Part shown: in pieces, positions 32,673-45,300 of the stretch
How positions within the stretch are numbered: position 1 is the first letter of the stretch
How the letters are laid out: each line of letters begins with the position of its first letter
NCBI GenBank assembly: GCA_001724265.1
Contig: MEDY01000275.1
Location: 1 to 64,000, forward strand
Reading direction: 5' to 3'
Length of the DNA stretch: 64,000 nt
Source of the DNA: Rhizaria sp. SCN 62-66
Taxonomy: Eukaryota
Translations under genes and position numbers: made by a program
Notes under the pieces: model-generated
Told to the model about the DNA's origin: nothing
Seen by the model: only the letters and a program-made list of their open reading frames with translations
The model's database searches: none

Positions 32673-33473
32673 CGTGCGCGCGTGTGTCAACCAGTGTGAG
32701 CACGCGGCCAGGCGCGAAAAGCGCGGGAAGGCGCAGCAAGCGCGCGCGGGTAGTAAAGAAAGGGGAGGAGTCGAAAAGGGACGCGCAGACCGGCGGAGAG
32801 TGACTCCTTGGTGATATCTCTTCTTGAGCGACGATCCAAAAAGAGGCTCTAGAGAGCGAGAGCGCTGGGTTGTGAGGGGATATTAGGAGCGAAAAGGTGA
32901 AGAAAAGTGCACGCTGTGAGATATAATCGCAGTTCGAGGCGTAGAAAACGAGGGCAAGTACGAGAGCGGGTGTCTGGGCAGAAGGAGGCAATGATGAGAG
33001 CAGCCAAACTCCAAGGGGTGTCCAGCGCATAGGAAACATAGGATATGACGGGCATACGTCCGTCTGAATCTACAAAACCATAATGACAGGGTAAAAACAG
33101 CAGTGACACCTTTGGGGATAAAATTAGGATCCACCCAGTAGACGTTCAGTATGACTTTGACGTAATATTATACTTCCGCCAGTCATTCTACCAGTCAATG
33201 AGCGACCGAGGAGGTGGCTGACCGACGACTGTGGTGGGACCGACTGACTGTGGGCAACCGGGCGGCTAAAGATTGATTTCGGGCGGAACTCAAACCTGAG
33301 AGGAGGGACTAGGCCGCTCTTTCGTACTCTGATGTGGGATATCTTCGTTTTGTTTAGTGATATTGATGGTGTTTTACTGCAGTAGGCTTTGCGAAGCATA
33401 TACAGTTTTAATTAAAACTCACTTTGCGCCACGGCTTTGGACTATTTTTGCCCTTTTTGTCCCGCTCAGGTTC

Positions 33474-36400
33474 ATGAGTAGCAATCATTCTGCTGGTGAC
33501 CAAACTAGCCATTTCAACGACGTACGTCTACTGTTTCGGTATAAACAGCGTGATTTGCGCTGTCCTCCTTTGATACTACCTTGTCCACATATTTTATCAC
33601 GATTTCATGCCGTTTAGAGGTCTCTCAGACTCGTCCGTTAGAGGGCACGCTTCACAACCCTCCAAGGCATCCGGCGGACAAGATCCAAACGGGCACATTC
33701 GAATCTCGCCTTGTTTGTCTCTTTAATCACCACACAAGATGATTTAACAACTACGTGCACATGCCATATTTTGCTCTCCATTCTATGATCGACTCTTTTT
33801 TTCCAACCTCGTCTAACTCCCTCTTCTATTCTGATCCTACATTCCCAAACCTCTCCTTTACACGTCACCTCAACTTGCTACCACCACTCCTCACCACAGC
33901 ACGCTTCCAAGAAGCTCGGTGGCGGTGTCATCGACATCGAGGACCTCATCGTCCGCCATGCGTCCCACGGCGAGACCCAGGAGCACCTCGCGCTCCAGCC
34001 CGTGGTGTCGGCGCACGCCAACTTCCGCCCTACGCCTGTGTACGCTGAGCAGAAGGGCCACTGGAAGCGCAACCTCAAGCGCAACACGTCGCCCGATGAG
34101 CTTAAGAACGACTTCTCCGACATCAAGCCCACCGTGATGAAGGAGGCCGAGGCGATCCGCGAGGCGGCCCGCTGCCTCAAGTGCGCCGACGCGCCCTGCC
34201 AGAAGGGCTGCCCCACGGCCATCGACATTAAGGGCTTCATCGCCTGCATCGCCAACGGCAACTGGTACGGCGCCGCCAAGATCATTCTTACCGACAACCC
34301 TTGCGGTCTGTCGTGCGGCATGGTTTGCGCGACCTCCGACCTGTGCACGGGCTCGTGCAACCTGAGTAACTCTGCTCACGGCGCCATCAACATCTCCGGC
34401 CTCCAGGAGTTCGCCATCCAGAAGTTCCGTCAGCTCGGCATCCTGCCCTCGCTCACCCCGGCCGTCACTGCCGAGGGCGCGCGCACGCAGAAGATCGCCC
34501 TGCTCGGCCTCGGCCCTGCGTCGATCGGCTGCGCCACGTTCCTGGCGCGCATGGGCTACAACAACGTCCACGTCTTCGAGCGCGAGTCCTTTGGCGGCGG
34601 CATCTCCTCCACCGAGATCCCGCAGTTCCGCCTCACGCACGAGGCCGTCGAGTACGAGGTCGAGCTCATGCGCTCGCTGGGCGTCACCGTCCACTACAAC
34701 CACTCGCTGGCCGCCGAGCCTAAGGCTGCGAACGAGGTCAACTACGCCTCGCTCACCAAGGACGGCTACGAGGCCGTCTTCGTCGGCGTCGGCCGCGACA
34801 AGGCCATCAAGATCCCTGAGTTTGCGGCCTACGGCGTCGAGAACAACCTCTTCAACTCAAAGGACTTCCTCCCCGTTTCGTGCAAGAGCTCCAAGCCCAT
34901 CCTGGCGCACCGCACCGGCGTCACCGAGCTGCCCAAGCTGCACGGCAAGGTCATCGTGCTCGGCGGCGGCGACGTCGCAGCCGACTGCGCGCAGACTGCG
35001 TTCCGTTGCGGCGCCAAGCACGTCACGCTCGTTTTCCGCAAGAACACCACGGACCTGCGCGCGATGCCCGAGGAGGTGGAGCACATGATGCACGAGCAGA
35101 TCGACTTCCTGCCCTACTGCCTGCCCAAGCAGATCATCATCGACGACGCCACCGGCAAGGTCAAGGCCGTGGAGTTCTACAAGCAGGAGAAGGGCCTCGA
35201 CGGCCAGTACTACACCGACGAGGACCAGTTCATCCGCATCAAGTGCGACTACGTCATCACGGCCTTCGGCGCCAATGCCGATAAGGCCCTGCTTGCGCCC
35301 GCGCTTGCCCCGCTGCAGCTCAACCGCTGGGGCCAGATCGACGTCAACGAGTTCGGCGCCACCACCGTGCCGGGCCTCTTCGCGGGTGGTGACGTCATCG
35401 GCGCCACCACCACCGTCGGCTCCGTCAACGACGGTAAGGCTGCGGCGTGGGGCATCCACGCGTACCTCCAGAAGCTCGACACCAAGACGACCCCCGTGGC
35501 ACTGCCTAAGTTCCACACCCCCATCGACGACGTCGACCTTAGCGTCACCGTCGCGGGCATCAAGTTCCCCAACCCCTTCGGCCTGGCTTCCGCGCCGCCG
35601 ACCACGAGCAAGGAAATGATCGCGCGCGCCTTCGAGGCCGGCTGGGGCTTCGCCGTGACCAAGACCTTCACCGTCGAGAAGGACCTCGTCACCAACGTGT
35701 CCCCGCGCATCATGTCCTCGGTCGTCTCGCAGCACGACATGAACGTCCACAAGGCGGGCTGGATGAACATCGAGCTCGTGTCGGAGAAGTTCCCCGACTA
35801 CTGGTACAACGCCATCACCGAGCTCAAGCGCGACTACCCCAAGCACATCGTCGTGTCGTCCATCATGGCCGCGGCGGACAAGGAGGCGTGGCAGGAGCTC
35901 GCGCGCAAGAGCGAGATCGCCGGCGCCGACGCGATCGAGATGAACCTGTCGTGCCCGCACGGCATGCACGAGCAGGGCATGGGCCTCGAGCTCGGTGTTT
36001 ACCCCGACAAGGTCAAGCAGGTCGTCGGCTGGGTCGTCGAGGCCGTCAAGATCCCCGTCTTCGCCAAGCTCACCCCCAACATCACCGACATCACCGTCGT
36101 CGCCGAGGCCGCGCGCGACGCCGGCGCCGCTGGTGTCACGGCCATCAACACCGTCTCCGGCTTCGTCGGCTTCAAGTCCAACCTCAACGCCATGCGCTGG
36201 GGCGTCGGCAAGGACCACGTGTCCTGCTACGGCGGTCTCTGCGGCCCCAACGTGCGCCCCATGGCGCTGCGCGCCGTCTCTGCGATCAACCGCAAGATGC
36301 CCGACTTCAACATCATGGCCACCGGCGGCGTCGACTCGGCCGACACTACTCTCATGTTCATGCTCGCCGGCGCGCCCCTGATGCAGATCTGCACCCCCGT

Positions 36401-37196
36401 CATGAACCAGGACTACACTGTCGTCGACGACTTCATCTCCGGCCTCAAGACCCTGCTCTACCTCCAGGGCCAGAACGCGCTCTCGTCCGCCTTCGCCGGC
36501 AAGGTCGCCACCACCCCGGCCCTCGGCACGGGCCGCTACGCCAACTGGAACTTCCAGTCCCCTCATTACACCGAGGACAAGGCCTTCAACGGCGTCGAGG
36601 CCAAGTTCGGCCCCTACGAGAAGGCCCGCCGTGAGGCTCAGACGGACAAGTTCAAGACTTGGAAGATCACTGACATGACCGAGAGCGACCTCGACGTCGT
36701 GCGCGCCGAGAAGCCCGCTCTCCGCGAGGAGGCCAAGGAGGCGTGCGCTAAGGGCAAGGACTGCTGCGGCGGCTCCTCTTGCGGCTCCAAGGACAAGAAG
36801 CCGCTGCCCGTGGTGTGCCCCACGAACGAGGGCAGCACCGTTGCTGCGGCCGCCATCGCCGACATCGTCGGGCTGGGCTGCAAGGCGGGTAAGATCGTCT
36901 CGCACGCGCAGATGTCGCGCACGCAGCAGGTCGTCGCCCTCATCAACGAGGACCTCTGCCTTAACTGCGGCCGCTGCTACATGGCATGCAACGACAACGC
37001 CTACCAGGCCATCTCCTTCGACAAGGTCTCGCACATCGCGACTGTGATGGAGGACCGCTGCACCGGCTGCGGCATCTGCGAGTCCGTCTGCCCCGCGCCT
37101 CAGTGCATCCAGTTCGTGCCCCGCACGGACCTGCTCGAGACGTACCGCGGCGAGGACTACATCGGCAAGGAGGCCGTTTTGAAGCCCTCCCAGTAA
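33474..37196 (+). CDS. DPYD: Dihydropyrimidine dehydrogenase [NADP+], 2 exons, ~1114 aa
   Basis: Exon 1 33474-33521, intron GTACGT...CACAG, exon 2 33900-37196. Motifs DIEDL, HWKRN, EAARCLKCADAPCQKGCPT, LGPASIGCATFLARMGY, NPFGLASAPP, catalytic loop NLSCPHGM, and two C-terminal 4Fe-4S motifs (CLNCGRCYMAC, CTGCGICESVCP). Stop TAA. Confidence 0.97.
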
Positions 37197-38375
37197 GCGC
37201 GCAGTCGCTGTCTCATTGCGCAAGTCTGTCTTTGCGCAATAACAACGCGTCACCATTGCATGGTTTTGTGTAATGGCGACTGCGGCGTGGTTTTGTGACC
37301 CCACGTTACAGTCGCCTCGCGGGCTGTTGCGCGACGCGGTTGCGCGACATTTTTTTGTTTTCTTCTCAGTCGTTGTTGTTCCGATTACTCCAGTGGTTTG
37401 TCGTCAGTCAGTCTGTTTGTTTGGTTTATGGTGTAATAGCACACCATCTTGTCAATTGCATGACCGTTTTTCGTTCAGATTTTTTGTCTTCTGCTTGTTT
37501 TTCTCTTCATGACATACTACGATGATCGCTGTACAGTAGTATCCGTTTGTTCTGTTCTTAGATTCTCGCCTGGCGCACGCTGCTGCAGCTGCAGTCTCTC
37601 GCACACGGGGCTGTGAGCGCGTGGTGTGCGTCCTTCTCACACGCAATACTAGCGCCGACGAAGCTAACATCAACGTTATCACACACATTCTGACAACTAT
37701 TCAACGTTTACTCTCTTTGGTTCCACCTTTACACGACACGTTTACGAGCCAAAGGATCATTACAACAGCAACAACCATGTGTATTCTTTTTTACTCATTT
37801 TCATTCTTCAAGTTCAGTCATTCATTCGTTTGTTTCAGTCAAACACAGTCATATGTTTCAGTCAATGTGTAGTACTAGTATCACACCGTTTTTAGTGAAA
37901 AAGCAACAAGCAACAACACACAAACGCACGTGCGCTTAGTTGCTGTCTCAGTGTCGTTACCGTTTCTTTTCTCTTGCAATACAAAGCTATATCAACACAA
38001 GTTACTCTCGGATGTTGTCAATTTCAGTCAGTCTTGGGTCATCAAACGCGCATGGAAACATGTATTGGTGGTGTACAGTCTTTGTGTTCTTACAATCAAT
38101 CATTCAATTAAGCTCCGCTATGAGCCGTACTACAGCAGCAATCCAATCACTGTTGCAGTGTTGCAGTTACGGTCACTGTTCCAGATGCAGTTGCAATCAT
38201 GTCTGCACAGCTGACAGGGACTCAAGCAAGTGTAGTGGGACTCCTTCAATCAACCAACCCGCCGAAGCTGCAAGGCTAGTATTCGCGTATGGAAAGCAGA
38301 TGTTCAGAGGATCGAGAAGTCGTTGCACTCTCGAGGGCGCCACGAGTCTAGTTCATTATTTCACTCACAGCCAAC

Positions 38376-39861
38376 TCAAGTGCGGCCGATGATTGCGTTA
38401 AACGTCGCCTTGTCAACGGCCACATCAGCGGCCGTCTTGCCCTCTGCGTTGCGCACGCTGCCCTGCGCGCCCAGTCCCTGCACAAGCGCCGCCACGAGCT
38501 TGCTGTGGCCGCACAGCGCGGCGACGTGCAGCGGTGTGTTGCCGCGCGCGTCCGTCGCGTTCATCACGCTCCCGCTTGCGTTGGCGCTCGAGGCGGCCGC
38601 GGACGAGGCTTCGCGCGCGTGCAGCTGCTCTAAGATCGCGGTGCGCGCAAAGAGCGAGGCGAACATGACCGCAGTCATGCCGCGCTTGTTGCCCGCGTGC
38701 AGGTTCGCGCCCTTGTTCAGCAGCAGCTCCACCGCGCGCAGGTTGCTACACACAGAAACCAGACAAGAAAAAAAAGACAGGACAAGTTAGCGATGAAGCC
38801 AAGGAAACCCCAAAGCGTTAGTTTTCATTTCGTTATTCGAGTGCAACAAAATTAAATCGAAAAAGCATGACATTCAGCGGGAGGTTTGTCTCATCCTGTA
38901 TAAAAAACATCGTTGACGTACCCACTGCGCGCAGCGTACATGAGCGGCGTGTTGCCCGCAGCGTCCGTGCCGTCGACAAGCGCGCCGGCCTCAAGCAGCG
39001 CCTCGAGACAGCGCACGCCGTCGGGGATCTTGGCGGCCGTGCCGAGGGGCGTGGCGCCGCCGACCGCGGCCGGGCACGCGCGGGACGGGTCCGCGCGCGC
39101 CGAGAGCAAGAACTCGACGACAGCGCCGTGGTCGCCCGTGATCGCGGCCACCAGCGGCGTCACGCCGGCCTCGGCGGGCGCGTCGTCCATGCTCGTCGGC
39201 GCCGCGGCCGCACCGGCTGCGTGGCCGCCGCGACCGAGCTGTTGCTGCTGCGGCAGGCCGCCGTCGTGGTCGCCGAAGCTTCCGCCACTGCCGCGGCGGT
39301 TGCTGCTCAGCATGCCGGCCAGGCGCGCGCTGGGGGCCTCCGTAGCGCCCGTGGCCGCCGTGGACGAGGTCGGGCGCGCGCGAGCCGTGGCGGCGGCGGC
39401 GGCGGCGGCGGTGTGCGCAGAGTAGTGGTGCAGTGACAGCGCGCGCTGCACGGCCTTGAGGTCGCCCAGGGAGGCCGCGCGCCACAGAGAGAGGTAGCCT
39501 GCGCACTGGGACTCGAGTTGGGCTACAAGCTCCTCGCTAGGGGTCAGCTCCTGCGGCCGAGACAGAGGGAACAGGGTGAACCGGGGAATGGTGAGCGCGC
39601 CGAAAGAGTCGTTGTTGAGTTTGAGTTAGAGGCGGAAGCGAACGGTATGCAATAGAAACAAGGGATATCCACGAGTGAACAAGACGATAGGTTTCAATGC
39701 TACGCAAAAGAGAAGGATAGTGTGTGTTTGCATCCGGATTTGTTTGTGTAGTGTACCTTCTTCTCGTCCTTCTTCTTCTTCTTGCGGCGCTTGAGGATCG
39801 ACTCCTCCTGCGCCGGGTCCTCCGCAGCCACCTTGGGCTCGGGAGCGGGATCGCTGGACAT
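38376..39861 (-). CDS. Ankyrin-repeat protein with N-terminal basic NLS-like patch, 3 exons, ~367 aa
   Basis: Exons 39861-39757, 39550-38922 and 38745-38376 join in frame (introns GTACAC...CGCAG and GTACGT...TGTAG). Repeats GVTPLVAA, GATPLGTA, GNTPLMYAARSG|NLRAVELLLNKGA, GMTAVMFA, GNTPLHVAA. Stop TGA. Confidence 0.88.
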
Positions 39862-40355
39862 CGCTCTCTTCACAAGAGAATACAAACACAAAAATACAGC
39901 GTCATGTCAAATGGAGATGTTGGGTGAAGTGAGGGGCGAGACGAGAGCAGGGATAAACAGAGCACGATGTTGCAAGAAACCGTTTTGCTTGCCTGGGACG
40001 AAAATACGCGTGTTGAAGACCAATGACAAATGTTTCGCAAGTGTTATTTTTATACTATAAGCAAAAGAACAGGTTCAATTCGGTGATTTATAGTACATTG
40101 GCATTAACGGATTCACTACGAACATTTGAACTGTTCTTTCACTCCTGTCGCCCCAACGCCCTCAACCTCCGACGGGGATCCGTCCTGGACTTGCAGGCAC
40201 CTTTCAGTTCACAAGCCATATGTCAATGAAAATGAGGCTCACAGAGGTTTTGTTACCGGAACCGCACATTTTATTGTTGTACATGTACTTGTTGCGCTAG
40301 ATAATCAATCAAGTCTTTGTTTATATTTCACAATACCTTCCCGTAGTCGACTGTG

Positions 40356-41072
40356 ATGGAGTGGGCGACGTTCGCGCTTGCCGCGGCCGCTCTCCCCACA
40401 GTGCTCTCAAACCTTTTTGGGCTCCGCATTGTCGGACTCACTGGGATTATTGCGTCTGGCAAGTCAACAACCACCGCGCTTTTGCGCTCCCGCGGCGCGC
40501 TTGTAATCGACTTTGACCTAATCGCGCGACTCGTACGTCCATGCTCATTGTTATGCTCATATCGGTCTCTGCCAACCAAGATAATATTCGACAATGATCT
40601 CATACACGAAGTATAGGACCTAACACATGATCTACCTTTGTGTTATGCATTGCCCAACAGATCGTCTACCCTGGCTCCGCGCTGCTGGCGAGGCTCTCGC
40701 GCGAATTCGGCCCCTCGATCCTCACTGCCTCCGGCGCGCTCGACCGCCCCGCGCTCGCCGCGGCCGTCTTCGGCGCCGACGCCGCGGCCGCCGCCCGCCG
40801 CGCGCGGCTTAACGCGCTGATGCGCCCCGCGCTGCTGTGGGAGTTCCTGTGCCAGGCGGCGCTGGCGTTCACGCGCGCGACCGAGCCCGACCGCGCGGCC
40901 TCGCCCGCGGCCGCGCACGCCACGCCAGGCGCCGGGCTGCTCCCGCCCGCGGAGCTCCCGTTCCCGGCGCGCGCGCGCGCGCTGGACCCCGCCGCGCCGC
41001 CGCTGCCCGCCGCGGTGACGACGTCGTGGCTGGGCACGGTCACCGACACGCGCTACACCGTGACGACATCGT

Positions 41073-41166
<94 letters not shown>

Positions 41167-41660
41167 CCGCGCGTGATCTTCATCGACGTGCCACTGCTGT
41201 TCGAAGCCGGGCTGCACTGGACCTGCGCGCGCACGCTGCTCGTGACGGCGCGCCCCGAGGCCGTGCTGCGGCGGTTACGCGCACGCGACGGACTGACTCC
41301 CGCGCAGGCCGAGGCGCGGGTCCAGGCGCAGTGGCCCGTTGAGCGCAAGGTGCGCATGGCCACGGACGTGGTGGACAACTCGATGGACTCTGATAAGCTG
41401 GCTAAAACGGTCACGCCCGCGACCGCTGCCGCTGCGGCGAACGCGGCTGCGAAGCCGACTGCGCGAGCGCCAGCGCCTGCGACGACGGCGGCTGACTCTA
41501 AGAAGGACAGCAAAGAAGAGGACGAGGATGAAAACAACAAAGATGCTCAGGCGAGTTCTCGCGTCTGCAGTGACAGCAAGCAGAGCGCAGTCGCCGCTGA
41601 CGCGACTGATGCTGCTGCTGCTGCTCAGAGTGGCCCTAATGCTGCTGACGCTGCTGCTGA

Positions 41661-41693
<33 letters not shown>

Positions 41694-42057
41694 GAGCGAT
41701 GCTGACGAGACGCTTGAGGCGCAGCTGGACCGCTTCTGGCAACAAGAGCTGCTCATGGCGTCCCCGCCGCTCACCCGCATCGCGGCCGCACTCGCCGCGA
41801 CCTCTGTTGCGTTTACGACAAAGCCATCAGCAGCAGCTGCGGCCGCAGCAGCGCCAGGCGCACAGCAGCGGACTGCGCTGTCGCAGTGGCGCTGGGCGCG
41901 CGGCCACACGGGGCTGCGCGCGGCGGCTGCGGTGTGGGGGGAGCTTGCGGTGAGTCTGCTGAAGCCGACGCCGGCGGCCGTGGCGGTGACGCTGCTGGCT
42001 CTGGTCCCGCTCGCGTTCCTCAACGCGCTGCTGCGAATGATGCTTAAGAAGGGCTGA
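40356..42057 (+). CDS. Dephospho-CoA kinase (CoaE/DCAKD-like), 2 exons, with an apparent -1 frameshift near a (CAG)30 tract
   Basis: Exon 1 40356-40532 has the P-loop VGLTGIIASGKST and VIDFDLIAR; intron GTACGT...AACAG. Exon 2 from 40661 reads IVYPGS..LDRPALAAAVF..RARLNALMRP. The second half (VIFIDVPLLFE, RRLRARDG, RVQAQWP, DVVDN) is in the -1 frame. Hydrophobic C-terminus. Stop TGA. Confidence 0.85.
41075..41164. repeat. Perfect (CAG)30 microsatellite
   Basis: 90 nt of uninterrupted CAG within exon 2 of the dephospho-CoA kinase gene. Confidence 0.97.
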
Positions 42058-42396
42058 GACTAGCGCAGGTTCGAGAAACTGCTCCGTTTTTACATAGTAT
42101 CTTGTTTATACATCTATTGGCCATACTGTCTGGCTAAATACACAATGTTTGATCCTAATTCAAGTTGATGCATGACGCGTGACCATATGGGTAACCCAAC
42201 CCTCAACGCCTCAGGTCGGCGGATCTCGAGAACATTGTTGTGAAGTTTAATGGCTTGTTTTTTCCGTTAATAGACTTGATTTTAAAGTATATATAACAAA
42301 CCCTTTGTTTAGCGCAGATAGTCTTATTATATATCTTCAAATTGACATTGTGTCGCGTAGCACGTGGTTTTGTCTTGACTGGATTGACTGTCTTGC

Positions 42397-45300
42397 ATGT
42401 CATCAGCCCCGGAGCGGCTCCCCGAGGCTGCCGCCAATGCATACGGACCGATCCCGGCTTCCACACCGTATGCACCGACGTTTGACATCTTAGGCACCTT
42501 CGCGTCTCTGTCGTGTTCCGCGCTTCGCTCCGCAACACGCAGCTCAGCTTCGACAGAGACGGATTCCAAGTTGGCTGCTGATGCTACAGGTGTGACGCAC
42601 TACTACTCCTTCCCAGCCGAGCCTGAAGCCGCGGATTCCACGCTTGCAACAGCACTTGCTAACGCCACACCACCGGGCAGCATTGCCCGCATTGGTAAGG
42701 TGATCGATGGCTCTCTTCTAGCGCCCGTCGCGATTGAGACGTGCGCTCATTTGCATATGGGTAAGTTTGCATTGTCACACAATTCGCAGGATATTTCGAA
42801 CAAATGGAATTATCTGTTTCAGCTTGACTATCACATATTGATTAATGTATTTTTTAGTATTGGCATATACTTTGTTCGATATTTTAAACGCGGCGTATAT
42901 CGGACAATGATATCTCTCACTTCTACATCTTTATCCTTCGTATGATTCTGTGCTTTTCGCACGATCTCACCCTCACACAGATGTGTGGTTCCTCACTTGT
43001 ATCCCTTGCGGCATGAAGTTTACGCTCCCGCCCACACTAACTCCCAGTGTGTCTTCTTACGACAGTGACGACAGCGCTAGCCAAGCATCAACTGCAGCAG
43101 CCACTGCAGCAACAGCCAATGCAGCGGCCACTGCAGCGGCCATCGAGGCTGCTGCACGCGTGACTGAGGCGGCTCTCTCCGCGTATGCTATTCACAGCCG
43201 CTCCCCAGCCCACAGCCGCGCCGCGGCGGCGTGGAGGACGGTATGCGACCGACTGCAAAATGCACAGAAAACGCCACAGCCACCCCCCGCAGCAGCTGCA
43301 CCGCAGAGTCACAGCGGCTGCAATGCCAGCTTGTTCGTCCCCAACTCCGGCCGCAGTGACGCGGGCAAGCGCGCGTGGGACTGCGAGAGCGAGACGGAGT
43401 CGCGTGTTGCACGCGTGATGTCGCGCCTGCTGCAGCCGCCGTTGCTTGCGATGTCGGGCGAGTTGAGCGGTGCTGCGGACAAGTTAAGCCACCGCAAGAT
43501 GTTAAGTCGGCTTGCGAAGCCGTTTGTGTTGCCATTATTGCTGCTTACACCCGCAACTTCTGCACCAGACACGACCGCGACCAGTCCTGTCTCAAGCGTT
43601 ACCACTGACGGCGGGCGTTGGCTCGTCGTCACACCAGCAGCGCCGCGCAACTCCCCCGCCTCAGCGCCGCCCCCGCATGCTGTTCTTTGCCACGCGCTTT
43701 AGCCCTCGTTAGACGCGGTACGCTTAGCGAGCGCATGTTTAGACCCGTATTTCGACAGCACGCGCGCCGTGGACATGTCTCCCGAGTGGGCCCGCGCCAC
43801 GGGGACCTCTTTACTGCAGCTTTTGCTGTCGCCGCTGCGGGCTGTCTCGCCGCTCACGCCGGCGGCGGGGCCCGGTGTCGACTCCGACTCTCGCTCGCAC
43901 TTGCTCGCACGCCAATTGAGCTCACCTCTGATCGCAGCTGAGGAGAACAGTGACTGTGCAGCGGGGAGAGCGCTGCCTCGAGGCCCTTTGGCTTGCGCGC
44001 TCTGCGGACGTGTTTTCGCGTCGGTTCCCGCAGCGCTGCACCACTGCTTAGAATACGCTTTTCGCACCGACACTAAGACACCAGGTGAGCCATTGGACAA
44101 AGCTAACAGCTCTGCGAACTGTGTGCAGGGCTGGGACTGGCTGCTGACGCAGGTGATTACCGCAGTTGCGACTACCGTGACGACACGCGCTCGCATGGCT
44201 GCGCACAGCACCATAAACGATGAGAAGCTATTCCGCGCACTGAAATCGATCATATCTGCAGGTGGGAGCAACGTTGTTGGCAAGTTTAGTCACGTGCGTG
44301 AGCTATTGAGGGCTAATGGCTTCGCTGTTTCGACCGACAGTCAGAATGCAGCGTCGACGAGCTCAACGTCAGCGTCTTCCCATGAGACATCAACAGCTGC
44401 AATGACGACTAGTATGCTGAAAACTGTGACCGTGTCTCCGCCTGCTTTAATCACTTCTAAGACTCTCGCAGTGAAAGATGATGTCGCAGCGCAATCCACG
44501 GCTGCCCAGGCCGTTGCTGCCAAAGCGACGGTAGCGACGGCCGCTGCAGAGGCAGAAGACGCGATCGCGGCCGCAATTGCCGGCACCGGCGCGGGCCCTT
44601 GCGCGAACACGCATAGCAGGGCTCGTATTACTATGAGCTCTGCTGATCACTGCAAAGGCGTGCATGCGACTTTACCCGAACAGTCTCGTCTGACAACAGT
44701 GTCTACCACTCGACCTAAAACGAAGGCCCCTGATGCTGCGCAAGCCAATGCTACCGCTGCCGCTGCAACTGCCGCTGCCATCGCCGCAGACGACGCGATC
44801 GCTGCAGCAATTGCCGGTAACGGAGCTGTGTCTAGCGCTATCAACAAACATACCAGCATCATCAACAGCAGCAACGCCACAACCAATCAGCGCACTCTTC
44901 AGCAAACGCCTGCCCCCATTGGCAGCCGTAACGTTGCAATGCACTATTCTCCCACAAGCCATTGTGCACCGCATGTGGTTACCGTGAAGCCTTCGCGCCG
45001 TGCCTCGGCCAGTACGGACACGCGTCCACGCCTGCGTCTGCGCCTGTCCTCAGTGCCTGTTCCATTGCCCACCGTTGCTGCATTTGCACACGCGCTGCGC
45101 CAGCACACCCCGAACTTGCCCACCGAGTCAGAGCGCGCGTCGCTGTACCTCAGCCACCTGCTCACGGTCTCGCGCCTCGCGCTGCAGGCTGAGGCGTTCG
45201 CGTCGCGCGTCGCCGCCGAGGCGGCGTCGGGGGCGCCGCTCGCGGAGCCAGAACGCGCGCTACTCCGCACTGCGTCTGCGGCTGCGGGCGGCAGCGGCAA

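Noticed and set aside
34857-37304. 815-aa antisense ORF over DPYD, and similar long antisense or alternative-frame ORFs over GLDC, importin, UTP25 and the phosphatase
   Set aside because: Expected shadow ORFs of very high GC3 coding sequence; no motifs, and they mirror the sense codons.
41071-41164. GTAC(CAG)30 as an intron made of the microsatellite
   Set aside because: The donor is phase 2 but every CAG acceptor needs a phase-1 donor, so splicing would not restore the kinase frame.
43241-43702. In-frame GTATGC...TTTAG intron that would remove TAG 43700
   Set aside because: Not excluded, since the acceptor is pyrimidine-rich. However the interval is an open, GC-rich, coding-like frame unlike the modelled introns and the donor is off-consensus; kept only as a caveat.
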